In this document: positions 1 through 12,543 of the stretch, one piece after another
How the letters are laid out: each line of letters begins with the position of its first letter
Position numbering within the stretch: position 1 is the first letter of the stretch
Assembly: GCF_001194135.2 (NCBI RefSeq)
Contig: NC_068981.1
Location: forward strand, 116,002,136 to 116,066,135
DNA length: 64,000 nucleotides
Reading direction: 5' to 3'
DNA from: Octopus bimaculoides
Lineage: Eukaryota
Program-made: the position numbers and the translations under genes
Notes under the pieces: model-generated
The model's input: the letters and a program-made list of their open reading frames with translations, nothing else
Database searches by the model: none
Told to the model about the DNA's origin: nothing

Positions 1-91
1 CACACACACACACACACACATATATGTTGAGTGAGAAAAAGAGAGAGAGAGAAAGAAAGAGAGAGAGAGAGAGAGAGAAAGAGAGATAGAA

Positions 92-122
<31 letters not shown>

Positions 123-180
123 CAGAGAGACAGAGAGAGAGAGAGACAGAGAGACAGAGAGATAGAGACAGCAGACAGAC
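1..180. repeat. Compound microsatellite (CA)n-(GA)n-(GACA)n
   Basis: Directly visible dinucleotide/tetranucleotide runs. Confidence 0.95.
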
Positions 181-770
181 ATAGATAATTTTACATATTA
201 AGGTGATGTTCATATATGTTTATAGGGAAACTTGTATACACCCACTCAAGCAATCTAATAACCATATTCACGCGCAACGATACATAACATACATGAATAC
301 ATACATACATACATACATACATGCATACATACATACATACATGCATACATACATACAAGTACACACACATGCAGGCATACTTGGCAGAATGTTATATGAA
401 TAAAAAATAGAGATTAACATCTGATGAGATTCTTCTTGCCACTCTGCCATATATTTCTTTGTTCACACCATGTTATAGACATCAAACAATTAGAAGCCTT
501 AGGGATAAAGCTTACTGCATCATTACTAACATTTCCAAGTCCGAATTTCCAAGCCCCCTCTCAATCCGAATCATGAATTTACTCACAAGATGTTGCAGTC
601 TAGTTTTTCATGTAGTAGATTTATCAAAGTGTTCATCTGTTTGATTTTTTTTAAAAGTGGCGAAAATAGGGGCAATGATACACACAACGTATGCATATAA
701 ACAGTACGCACATACATGCAGACGGACAGAGAGGCAGACAATCAGGCAAACAGGTATTTAGATAAGTGCA

Positions 771-807
<37 letters not shown>

Positions 808-859
808 NNNNNNNNNNAATATCATAGTATATTATTATATTTGTAGTCACACATTGTTT

Positions 860-1990
860 TATAAATTGCCATACTTTATATTTGGTATTTTTATACATTC
901 ATATATCCTTTTATATACTTTCATCGTGTTTATAATTTATAATTTGACAACTTATAAGGTTTTTTATATATTCACCGTATATGTGAATTCTTATTTTATT
1001 ATATTTTCTAATCATGCAGTATATTCATTGTGTTTATATGCCAAAATTTGTTTAGATATGATATCTGAACGTACTCCCTTACACATTTGAAATAACTCTA
1101 ATTTAATTATCCCATATATTGGATGCCATTTCTTACGAGATCTTATGTTTATCCACCCGTATACTTTAAATTTCTATTTATATGATAATTTCATTCCGTT
1201 TTAGATTCATTGTAGAATATTTTTACCATGATCTTCTTCATACTATTTTTATGGAAAGTCTTAATATATTTTTCTTATATATTAAAGTATCCAATTATTA
1301 AGTTTTGAATTTAATTTCTAACCTTCTTTATATTGATTTAAGTGATCTCGCTTTAACATTACAAATTTGCTAAGTTATAATATACTTTTCTTATTCTCTG
1401 ATTTTAAATTCCATCCCTAAATTTACATTATTTATCCCTTTGGCTTTTTCATTGTCTTTCCCTTTAATATGATAATCAAAATAAGTATTGGCTCTTCCTA
1501 TCCTCCTTTCTCCCAATTATCATCACTTTCCCATCAGGCATTCCGTTATTACTACTCCACGCCATATCCTTTTGTGTAGACAAAGCTGGATATATGGTTC
1601 CAGTATATAGAGAGTTTAGACTGTTTGACATTAATGGATTTATCATCATTAACTAGAATATAGTTGATAACCCCCAATAAATTTGATTCTAGAGGGTTGA
1701 AGACTACATTCTACATATTGTCTTCCAACGTTTTCCTCCGACCCCCACTATTTCCACTGCTACTCTCTAAATTATAATAGACTAGGCAAGTCTACTTTCT
1801 AAATTCATTCTGCCAGAGGTATGACAACAGAAGCAATATAAATATTTGAGTTCCATTAGTGATGTGAATATGTTAGGGCAGTGGTTTTATAATCTATGCG
1901 GTCATCTGACGAGAACAGTTTCTTTCAACTGATGTAATATTTTCACTAATCAATTACAGGAGTCGCTTGAAACGGTCGTAATGAATTGTC
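860..1990 (+). mobile_element. Possible non-coding pseudo-LTR/UTR remnant of a Penelope-like element
   Basis: T-rich plus strand with no assignable ORF, ending in a hammerhead motif (1902-1984). Composition resembles the UTR of the PLE at 34.4-35.5 kb. Assignment is inferred. Confidence 0.3.
1902..1984 (+). ncRNA. Type I hammerhead ribozyme motif (PLE-type, palindromic stem III), stem II decayed
   Basis: Stem I UCAU(1902-05)/AUGA(1981-84); core CUGACGA(1906-12); GAAA(1969-72); stem III ACGGUCGU self-complementary with two G-U pairs; cleavage triplet GUA(1978-80). Confidence 0.6.
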
Positions 1991-2403
1991 ACCTGTACAC
2001 CTTTGTTACTCATATATANNNNNNNNNNATGTATGTATATAATAAATTCGAAAACTAATTTCTGTGTCACACTTTTCCCTCCTCTCTCTCACTATTCAAT
2101 GACAATTCATCGTGGTGGGGGTGAGAGTAATAGAAGGCATAGATACGGTGAAGACAAAGAGAGTGGGGAAAGAGAAGAAGAAAAAGAGACAAAGAAATTT
2201 AGGGAGAATTTATGATGTTTTATTAAAAGTAGTAATGTTAATGGTGGCAATGGGAGTATTAATAAGAGAGAAAGAAAGAGTGGATATGTGAGAGATAGAG
2301 GGAGATGATGTACAACTTTCTTGGGCAGAAATTCGTGTGGTCAGCATTCTGAACCATCTACTGACACTATCATTTTTTTGTTTTAATTTTTGCTTTCTTT
2401 AAT

Positions 2404-2460
2404 ACACACATATATATGTATATATACATATATATGCATATATACATATATATATGTATG

Positions 2461-2529
<69 letters not shown>

Positions 2530-2610
2530 TCATACACACACACATATACATACACACATATATGTGAGATCATCGTGTGCATATATACATATACGTACAC
2601 ACACACACAT
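2404..2610. repeat. (TA)n/(CA)n microsatellite complex
   Basis: Directly visible; source of the YIYI/THTH pseudo-ORFs. Confidence 0.95.
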
Positions 2611-3118
2611 AAAATACACTTTAATTGAAATACAGTTTTTCCCCAAATTAAACATATCTAATAAACGTGAATGTCAGTGTGTCAGTGTGTCGCACTGTTT
2701 CAATTTTGCTCCTAGAGGCCGTAGCCCAACATATCATACCATTTTGGAATCAGGCTGACTCCTTGAGTAAATAAAAAACATTCTGGGTGGGCCGAATCCA
2801 GCCTGCATTCCTGAAATCTTGGATTTCGATGTTTTCATTACTGATTTTGTTTTCGGCGATTTTTTTTTTACATGATTTTTAGCGACTAATATTATTTATC
2901 ATCATTGGAACATGCAACAAATTCTCCAAAACAAGTTAGAGATCTGTTTGCAGATCTTTCCATTCGGGATTAGTTACTTAAAAGGTACATACTAGCTTAA
3001 AAGCCGTATATATNNNNNNNNNNNNNNNNNNNNNNNNNNNNNNNNNNNNNNNNNNNNNNNNNNNNNNNNNNNNNNNNNNNNNNNNNNNNNNNNNNNNNNN
3101 NNNNNNNNNNNNNNNNNN

Positions 3119-3149
<31 letters not shown>

Positions 3150-3421
3150 TATATGAATAAAGTATCTCGTCAAGGACTGTACAAGCATTCAGTTATAATT
3201 CATTTTATGGCTAACCGCATCGAATTGTAAGGAACACCTATGTTTACCTAAGGCAGAGATGGGAAACCTAAGGCCTCCTGGGTCATCAAGTGCGGCCGTC
3301 TGCGGCCATTTCCTTTCTTTTTTGACATTGAATATTTTTGTCTAAAATCATTATACGCATTAACTTACAATACACAAACACATTGACGAAAGGAAATTTA
3401 ACTGTTTTTAGTATTATTATT

Positions 3422-3498
3422 AAGGTGGCGATGTGGCAGAATCATTAGCATACCAGGCAAAATGTTTAGCAGCATTTCGTCCATCTTTACTTTAGTTT
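3422..3498 (+). mobile_element. SINE family A, 5' head fragment nested in the hAT element
   Basis: ggtggcgatgtggcagaatcattagcataccaggcaaaatgtttagcagcatttcgtcc matches the head of the full copy at 10009. Confidence 0.75.
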
Positions 3499-4289
3499 AT
3501 AAATAAAGAATGCCACTTCAAGAGATTGGAAACATTTTTCTTTGAACCCAGAACCCAATGAATTTAAACTCAAAGCAACAAGTATATAAAGGTGATATTT
3601 CTTTGTCAGCCACACCAGCCTAGTGGCAGTAAGCGACTTCACGTATGATACACCAAGAGTTCCTGTCTCGTCCACCTTTTCATTGCTACGTACTTTACTA
3701 AGTAATTGCGCAGTCGTGGCCAACTTCTTACTGACTTGTTTTGTGAGACTGAGTTAGTTATTGCATTATTTGAAACCGTACATCTATCAGTCCGTGTGTT
3801 AATATTACAGACTGGCTTTTTAACGTTGAGACTTGATAAGTGATACAATGATAGTATTCATTACTACTCTGTTAAGCTGACTGCACACTGCTTCAGACAA
3901 CACGGTATTAGACAAAACACTTTCAATCAACGTCCGAAACCATGTTCTTGGAACTTCCACAAATGTCATTATTTTGTGAGATTGGAAACCATCGATATTT
4001 GACATTATTTCTGCAATACTTAGGTAATGATAAATAATAGTACTAATTACAGAAAAAATATTATAGCTAATCTAGATGTTGTTCAGTCTCGAATCGTAGT
4101 AACAATCTCTAAAGTCAAAACCAATATCATGGATTTGGATGCAAGCTTATCGTGTCTTGTCTAAGACTGCTTTATTTGGATTAGTGTGCGGCCGGGCTTA
4201 CTAATTCATTATTAAAACTGTTATTGTTTTAATGGTTTTTCAGAATAAATATATTTCTTTTTAACCAATAATTATATCAAAAAAATTAA

Positions 4290-6002
4290 AACGTACTTTG
4301 AAAGAAGAATAGGAAGTGCAATATTTTTTAGTAAATAGTGAACTGTCTTGCTTGTTTTATGGTACCTCAATTGTAACGGTTAAGAAATTCATTGCACAGC
4401 AACATTATGCTCTTCATAAAGACAATGAGTATGCCAAATTAGTGGGTGAGTCTCGAAAGATAGCATTTCAGAAATTGAAAGATGGAAAACAAAATCAAAG
4501 ACTATATTTCCAAACTGTGTTGCATCAAGGGAATGCTACGACAGAAGCCAGCTATAAAGTTGCATATTTGCTTGGCAAAAAAGGTAAACCATCATTCAGT
4601 GAAGCAAAACTTATAAAGAAATGTATTTTGGAAGTGGTAGGATGTATAGATCCCAATAGAGTTAGCAAATATAAAGAGGTGCCTTTTTCAGAAGGACTAA
4701 TACATATCGACAACATGAATTGGCCTGTAATGTAACAGAGCAACTGAAAAATATAAGCCAGAAAGAAAATATATATTGCTCAGTTACTTTGGATGAATCA
4801 ACAGATTCCACAGATTCAGCACAAGTACTGTATTTTATTCGTGCTATAACTGATGATTTTCAATTATATGAAGAATTATTTGCTTTAGGCACCCTTAAAA
4901 AAAGGACACGAGGGATAGATATTTTTAACAACTTCAAAGAGCAATGTCATAAAATAGGACTAAATTTTACTGATTTGATAACTGTGTGTGCGGATGGTGC
5001 TCCAGCTAAGATGGCTGAAAATGAAGGATTCATTGCACATCTTGAAAGAGTAATCAAAGAACCAAATGTGCTGAGTTCTTTTCATTGTATTTTACATCAG
5101 CAAAATCTCTGTGCAAAATGTCATTTTAAACTATATTCGAGCCCTGCAGCATCGTCAATTTCGAAACATTTCAGATGGATGACGAAGTAATTAATGTGGA
5201 TTTGCCTTATCACTCAAAAGTTGTCGCAAGGGAAAGTATTGGTCTAAATTTTGTCTTTATGAAGGCAAATAATTGACTTTTTCAAAGAAAACAACAATTG
5301 TAATTTATCAGATCCAAATTTTTACAGAGATGGTGCATTTTTATGTTATGTGATATCAAAACAAAAGGAGTTAAACATTTCGTTGCAAGACAAAAATAAA
5401 TGTATTTATGATATGTTGCAAAAAAGTTGGGCATTTAGAAAAAAATTGTCGTTTTTCAAGTTCCTTTCGGTTCAAGTAAAACTTTCAGAAGAATACTTTC
5501 CTCGGCTTACGAAGGTAATGAGTGAAAATGAAGAAGATATCTATGAATCTCATGAAGAATACGAGTCAGTTTTAGACTCATTAATAGAAGAATATAATAA
5601 ATGATTCAATGATTTTGAAAAACATAACTGAAACTTGCTTTTCAGCCTCACTTAGCTGATGTATCAGAGGCTTCTGAAGAATTACAAATGGTGCTAATTG
5701 AAAAGTCTGACGGTAATATCCTGAAATCTCCGTTTGACAAGAAGGAAAATCCCATGGAAATTTGGAAAAATGCGGTAGAATATCTTCGTCTTAGTGAACA
5801 TGCACGCCGGCTAATTTCCTGCTTTTCTTCAACATACTGTTGTGAATCCACATTCTCGTACTTGATGCAAATCAAAAATTTGCTGAGAACGCAATTGATA
5901 GATGAGCGTTTGGGGAACCAATTAAAACTAAGAACCACTGTTACAACCCGATATCAAAATGCTTTCTCAAAAACAACATATTCAAAGATGTCATTAATTT
6001 GA
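4290..6002 (+). pseudogene. hAT transposase pseudogene (GTF2IRD2/SPIN/ZBED5-like family), broken by frameshifts and stops
   Basis: BED-finger remnant (KEE*EVQYFL..CL..QQHY), SVTLDESTD, CADGAPA, HCILHQQNLCAK, C-terminal FSSTYCCESTFS dimerisation motif; spread over ORFs 4316, 4720, 5350 and 5688. Confidence 0.92.
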
Positions 6003-7661
6003 ATAAAAAGTACCTACTAGCCTAAATAAAATATCTGCAGATGTCTTGCTTTCGATATTATTCATTTACTTATTATTTGTATAAAAGTACTTACTTAAAT
6101 GAAATATTTGAAAAGTCATGCTTTCGATTTCTACACACCTATCTTTCTTTTATTAGATTACTAATCAATTACTTAGGGGAGAAAACTAAAAAAAAAAGAA
6201 GAATTTGTTCAATGCGGCCTCTATGAGGGATGATGAATTGTAGGGTAACCTTCATACACAAAAAGGTTCCCCATCCCTGACCTAAGGTAAGCAATCCCAA
6301 TGAATTTCATCTAATGGCTGAGTCCGGGTTTTGCTTCGCTAGATTATAAATATTTTACCGATTGTATAACTCAGATTAGTACAATAAAAAATTGATATTA
6401 GTACATTTGCATATTTGTTTTATTTCTACAGTCAATTATAATTGACTGTAGAGATAAAGATATACAGATGTATATATTCTTATACTATATTAATGTGTGC
6501 TTGTGTGCATACGTGCATGTACATACGTATATATGTGTATGTGTGTGTATATGATTTAAGAATATATGCTATGAAACATTTAAAAACAATGATCTAGTGT
6601 TCAAGGGTATGATTATAATCAATTACGTATATGGAAATACATGTTCATTAAAAGTTATAGAATATCAGTAAAGAAGACGGAGAGAAAAACTCGAAAAGTA
6701 AGGAAAGATAATGTGTAATGATAAATATAGCGTAGAATTAGGTTTCACATATTATTGTATATTATTGTATTCACTTTTTCTTTTAGAATATATTTTACAT
6801 TTAAAAAAAAATGTCATATTTAAGTGTTATTTGAAAAATAGTAATGAATTTTACATTCCAATCGAAAAATGTTCTACTTTTATTGGCGTGCGTGTATATG
6901 TATAAGCCAACAGAGAGAAGAAATAGAGATACAGAAATAACGAGGTTGAAGGAAAACAGAAAGAAGTTGAAATAAGGAGAGTAATAGAGATATTTGAAAA
7001 TATAGAGATGGATAGCTAGAGAAGCATATTGCCAAAATTAAAGAGATGTTAGGAGAGAAAGAGAGGGAATGAGAGAGAGAGGTAAAGAGTTAAATATCGA
7101 AAGACTGAGAAAGGAAGATGGCATCTCAAGAGAATGTAAACAATGTTCCTTTTACCAATAAATTCTTGAAACAAAAATAAGGAAATAAAATAAAGAATTA
7201 TGTGGTCTTTGTTTGTTGAGTGGAACATAGATATAATCAATGAATTTGTGAATTCCTTATTATTGTTGTCTTTGGGCAATGTCTATGTAATGGCACCAGC
7301 CGCAACATCATAATTATTGCAGCGTCAGCAAAACACAACATATTTAAGAGTAAAATATTGTTTTTAGTTTTACAGCTGTTTGTTTCTTCATTTACGCACA
7401 TTTATGAAGCTTAACTTGATTGATCTTACTAAAATCTAACAAATTCCATTGAGTCCGAGGTTCTTGGGCAAATTGCAGATTTTATCTTTAATCTCTTGTG
7501 TCAATCATTAGACTGCGACCACCCCTTGCATTGTCGAACAATTTCACTTCAGTTTCTTGCTGAACCAACATTGGTTGTCAAGCAGTGGTGTGGGTAAGCA
7601 CGAAAACTCACACATATACACATACGCGTGCGCACACACACATACACATATGTATATATAT

Positions 7662-7760
7662 ACGACAGGATTCTTTCAGTTTCCATCACCCAAATCCAGC
7701 CAAGGTAGTACGCAGTGAGAGTAAATCTGGAAGTATGTGGTTGGGAAGCAACTTACTTGT
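7662..7760 (-). mobile_element. SINE family B, 5' fragment
   Basis: acgacaggattctttcagtttcc...tgtggttgggaagcaacttactt matches 13106-13225. Confidence 0.7.
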
Positions 7761-7794
7761 CGACATTTTTTCAAGGAATTTGTATTTATCATGA

Positions 7795-7870
<76 letters not shown>

Positions 7871-9518
7871 TTCTGTCTATCTGTATGTATGTATTTATGT
7901 GTGCATGCACGCTTGCATTTGTGTGTAGACTGTGTGTGTATGTTTGTGTGTGTTTGTGTGTGCGTATTTGTGTGTGTTTCTGTGCGTGTGTGCGTGCGCG
8001 CACGTGCGCGCATGCATTTACGTATATATGTTTCAAGTTATAAACCACTTTTTTTCATCAAGCAGACCGAAATTTTGGCAAAAGGTTGCAGAGTGAAGAA
8101 TAATGTTATACGCTATGTGATTGTTTTTGATATGTTTCTATAAGCCCTGACAAGGTCGAGTAATGCTTCTGTTATATATTTCTGTATGCGTATGTATATA
8201 TTTATATGAGTGAATCTGTAGGAGCATATTGACCGGCTACAAAGTTATGAAAGTAATTCAAGAGCCCAGAGTTTTGTGCAAGGCACTTATTACAGTTTAA
8301 TATGTGTAATGCACGGGGCTGTTAGCCCTTAAATTACATCAGTAGCTTCTCTACGATTAGAAATATGGATATAATAAAGTATTGAATTCTATTTTTCCTG
8401 TTTGTTCCATTAGGTTACGGGATCAACCAGTGTTGTTAGTGTATATCCTGATGACTCTTATATAGCATTTAGATTCAACTTTTTCCTTGGTACTCGAAGA
8501 ATAGCGGCACATTTTCACTAAAGAGGCGTAGAAAATATTACCAATTAATTCTGTGTTTATTTAAAAGAATTCCCGATTAATGTCCCTGTTTATTGAAGAG
8601 AACATTAGGATGTTTTTACACATTCTCGATCTACAGAACTAAGGTTTTCAAATAAATGACTGTAGTTTTATTTTATGTACATTATATAGTCTTTTACCGG
8701 TGATACCATTGACCCACTTACCAAAATTGTATCAACTCTCTCTCACTCTCGTTATATATATCAGAAAGAGAGTACTGAATAAGTACTTTCGTTGTTTCTA
8801 TAGAGTACGAACTCAACACATGCCATAGAGGTACAAGTTTGTATGCGCGCGCGTGGTGTGTGTGTGAGAGAGAGAGAGGGGGAAATAGTAGGGAGTGAAA
8901 GCGGGAGAAAGAGAGAGATCATAACCTTTGTAATAAATGTATACTTCCTCTTTAAGCAGTGATTTCTCTCTTTTCGTGTTATTGCATATAACAGCGATCA
9001 GATATTCCCGTTCGAATCTGTCAGAACGTATTGAGAATGAATACATACATCATTCTTTGAATACTCGCTGTTCTGCATGCACCCCATGGCAGACATCAGG
9101 ACACATCAACAAATATTGTGTTTGCTGATTTCTATATATAGACAAGAACCTGTACTCTCGTTAGATTCATTGGTTCACTGGGGTAGTTTTGAATGAAGAG
9201 ACACACAGTAAGTTCGAAACACTTGATTTTCAAAGTCCCAATATACTGATGAATCGTTTAAATGGAAGATGTCCTTTATGACAAAAAGCATCAGCCGCTA
9301 GATATTCATATCTGAATTTGCCAAAATGTATTGACAATGAATAAATACGTTATTTTCTGGATCCTCGCTGTTCTATGTGCACCTCATGAATTATTTCTTT
9401 TCTTTTTTCGTATATTTCTTTTTATTTAAACACTCTTTTACCCTTATTTTACTTCGCTCTTGTATTTAGCTTACAAGATTTTTTTTATGAACTCGTGCAT
9501 TGAAACAAATTTTGGTCA

Positions 9519-9585
9519 TTACGCCAATAATAAAAATAAAGGAATGAAAGTGAACCAATGCGTGTGTTTATTATTATTGGCGTAA
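9519..9585. repeat. Short inverted repeat (about 16-bp arms)
   Basis: ttacgccaataataaa ... ttattattggcgtaa. Confidence 0.7.
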
Positions 9586-10008
9586 AGGTCCTTCCTCGGT
9601 ACAACATCCTTTATTTTACTTTTCTTAAAATATTAATGCATATCTTAATGAAGTAAGATGTGACTTTTTCTATTTATAGTACTAGTGCCTATATGAAAGC
9701 TAATGAAATGTTTAATAATATTTCTATGCATGCTAACAGAAAAGAACGTTTAGACAATTTAAAATTTTCTATTTCTGCATATATGAGAATTCATATTATC
9801 ATAGTTTAATTAAAACTATAGACAGGATCCAAATCAAAGTGTTTTGAACAATACATGTAAACCCCATTAAATGTTTTGAGTGCCCTTTCTTTCGTTTGTC
9901 CACATTAATTGTGTACGTGTTAAGAATAGATAAATGCCATTTTCCGGATCCTCGTACTGAGTGTGTGTGCGTTTAAGTATAAACCTACGGTGAATATGAA
10001 CTTCAAAA

Positions 10009-10227
10009 GGCGGCGAGCTGGCAGAAACGTTAGCACGCCGGGCGAAATGCTTTGCGGTATTTCGTCTGTCTTTACATTCTGAGTTCAAATTCTGCCGAGG
10101 TCGACTTTGCCTTCCATCCTTTCGGAGGTTGATAAATTAAGTATCAGTTGCGTAATGGGGTCGATCTAATCGACTAACCCCTTCCCCCACCAAATTCCGG
10201 GCCTTGTGCCTAGAGTAGAAAAGAATA
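10009..10227 (+). mobile_element. SINE family A, full-length (tRNA-derived head plus conserved central domain)
   Basis: A-box-like tggcagaaacgttag, B-box gagttcaaattc, core ctttgccttccatcctttcggaggttgataaattaagta, ggggtcgatctaatcgact, tail ccttgtgcctagagtagaaaagaat. Confidence 0.9.
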
Positions 10228-10350
10228 TGAACTTCAGTCAGAGATTTAACTCGTACTCGTACCACTCAACTCAAAGTTATTTTCTTTCGTGCGCGCGCGC
10301 GTACATTCGAAAGAAAAGGCACTCAACGTATTTATTGGGGGTTACATGCA

Positions 10351-10462
10351 TTGTTCAAAACAGTTTGATTCGGATTCCGTGTTACTTTAAGTTCCGAAGC
10401 TCCCCGTTAAGGGTTTCAAAACTTGAAGTAACACCGAATCCGAATGAAACTGTTTTGAACAA
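10351..10462. repeat. Hairpin/mini foldback element with 43-bp arms (40/43 identical) and 26-nt loop
   Basis: Arms 10351-10393 and 10420-10462 compared base by base. Confidence 0.9.
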
Positions 10463-10538
10463 CACACACACACACATACAGCTAGCTAGCCAGGCAGCCA
10501 GGCAGCCAGCCGGATGGATGGATGGATGGATCAAGTAC

Positions 10539-11002
10539 AATCGTCACTAAAGAGACTAAAGGTGCGAGTCAGCGTCAGCATTGCTAATGATAAGAATCAA
10601 AACTATACTTAACCGCGGGCAAGCACTTATCTGCTGACTGACAAGGGAGACAACAACCCTACAGCAAGTGAGATAGAATCAGATCATCGATGATTTCGGA
10701 TTTAATTAATGCTCACCAGTGACTCTTACTCAGTTGCCGATGGCTAAATCTAACTCGCCTTGTCAGTTTATATAAAATACCATAGGAATCAGTGACTGAT
10801 TCAGCCATCAGCGACTGAGTAAGGGTCAATGACAAGGATAAATTGAATCCGAAATCATCGGTGATCTGACTCTATATCACTTGCTGTAGGGAGCTTGCCC
10901 CCTTGTCAGTCATTAGATAAGCGCTTGCTCGTGCCTAAGAGTTGTTTTGACTCTTATTTCTAGCAATGCTGGTGATGACTACCCTTAGTCACTTTACTGA
11001 CG

Positions 11003-11005
<3 letters not shown>
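10539..11005. mobile_element. Foldback/MITE-like element of about 465 bp with roughly 200-bp imperfect arms
   Basis: Left arm aatcgtcactaaagagactaaaggt...gatttcggattt...gactcttactcagttgccgatggctaaatc mirrors right arm gattcagccatcagcgactgagtaagggtc...aatccgaaatc...ttagtcactttactgacgatt, about 80% by eye; no clean TSD. Confidence 0.85.
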
Positions 11006-11037
<32 letters not shown>

Positions 11038-11682
11038 GTATATATTTAAGACCGTAAATATTAATTAATAAACAATTAGAAATAGTAACCATTTGGTGTA
11101 ATTTACAATTATTCAGGTTTTCTTAGGGGATTAATTATGGACTTTTCTCATAACTGTAATAACAAAAGCTATATCGATTTCTGAGTTATTGAGCGCAAAG
11201 TCAATACCAATACTGGTAAAAATTCCATTCATTGCCAGTTATATTCATTATCGAAGTTCAACTTCTGAAAATGTTGAAGCACCAGTCCAAGAATCAGCGA
11301 ATGATACTTTACATGGTTGCTAGAAATATCAGTTAAATCTCTTTTCCTGAAACTAAACTCTACTATCTTTTAGAAAGAAGGAAGAATATATTGGAAAATA
11401 TGATCTGAGATAAACTATGACTGAGAAAAAAGGATAGTTATAACATTCAATCACAGGTCTACTCGATCAGTCCTGCTCTGAGGCAATACAACAAAGAATC
11501 AAGCAAATAGAACACTGGTACTATAAAAAAGAAAACAACAACGTGTTATAGATAAAGATATTGGACAAAGGAGATCGTTAAAACGAACAGGAAATTTCCA
11601 GAGACGAATGAAGAGATTCTTCATCATTATTGTCAGTACACATTCCTCTGTTTCTGACTGTCTGATTGTTTGTCTGTCTAGT

Positions 11683-11689
<7 letters not shown>

Positions 11690-11772
<83 letters not shown>
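11690..11772. repeat. (TC)n microsatellite
   Basis: Directly visible. Confidence 0.95.
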
Positions 11773-11774
<2 letters not shown>

Positions 11775-12129
11775 ATTCTTTTGAAAGAGAATAAGATTAA
11801 TCATAAAAGAGGTAGAAATGAGAAAGGAAGATATAGTAATGTTCATTTGTCCGAGAGAATTCGAACATAGGATAGTGAAACGAAATTAACAGTGAATACC
11901 CCCCCTACCCTCTGCACCACACTACCAATAAAAGAGAAGTAGATGTCATTGGAATTTTTTTCTTTACGAGAGTAAAAACACACGATTAGATGTCAGGTAT
12001 ATATGATATACGTCTTCATAACAGGGTTTTAACAGCCTCATGTCCTATGTCGTTTATGCTTGACAAGATTGCTGAGCGATAAATTGATCTTATCACACCA
12101 CACTGAACGTCTATACTTAAAATCATTCA

Positions 12130-12470
12130 AAATGATGTATCTTGGAGTACAATATAACTGTCTTGTGTCAGTCCGCCACACTAGTCAGCCAAAAAGTTTG
12201 GATTTTTTTTTTTTTAGCAATTTCTATCACTACAGAGCAGCCAAGCTTTAGTACTACCCATAAGCGATTAAAACCTCAGGACTTTTACTTGTCATGTATT
12301 TCAGAAGGCCAGCCTTGTCACACTGTGTTACACTGAATTTCATTGAGAATTACGTTAAGGGTACGCATGTTTGTTGAATGCTCAGCCACATTCACGTTAA
12401 TTTCACGAGCTGGCTTTTCTGTTGACCGAATCAGCTGGAACCCTCGTCGTCGTAACCGACGAATTGTCGT
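12130..12470 (+). mobile_element. SINE family C, diverged copy lacking a clear head
   Basis: gctcagccacattcacgttaatttcacgagc...cagctggaaccctcgtcgtc is the reverse complement of the 40320-40646 copy. Confidence 0.8.
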
Positions 12471-12543
12471 CTATATGTGTGTGTGCGTATTCATTTATTC
12501 GTTTCTGTCGTTTATTTGTTTCAGCCATATTGGCGCCTATATA

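Larger units (their letters stand above)
3254..6279 (+). mobile_element. Full-length hAT DNA transposon (Buster/Charlie/SPIN-like), 3026 bp, non-functional
   Basis: Left TIR CAGAGATGGGAAACCT 3254-3269; right TIR AGGTTCCCCATCCCTG 6264-6279 (14/16 match); identical 8-bp TSD ACCTAAGG at 3246-3253 and 6280-6287 with central TA; subterminal TGCGGCC motifs; internal transposase. Confidence 0.95.

Noticed and set aside
1230-1340. APE endonuclease motif (NLIIGYFNI resembling GDFN) on the minus strand
   Set aside because: Single short motif in AT-rich DNA surrounded by stops; no other LINE motifs found
8416-8490. Plus-strand exon VTGSTSVVSVYPDDSYIAFRFNFFL
   Set aside because: Acceptor is plausible but the donor (GTACTC) is poor and the peptide is unrecognised
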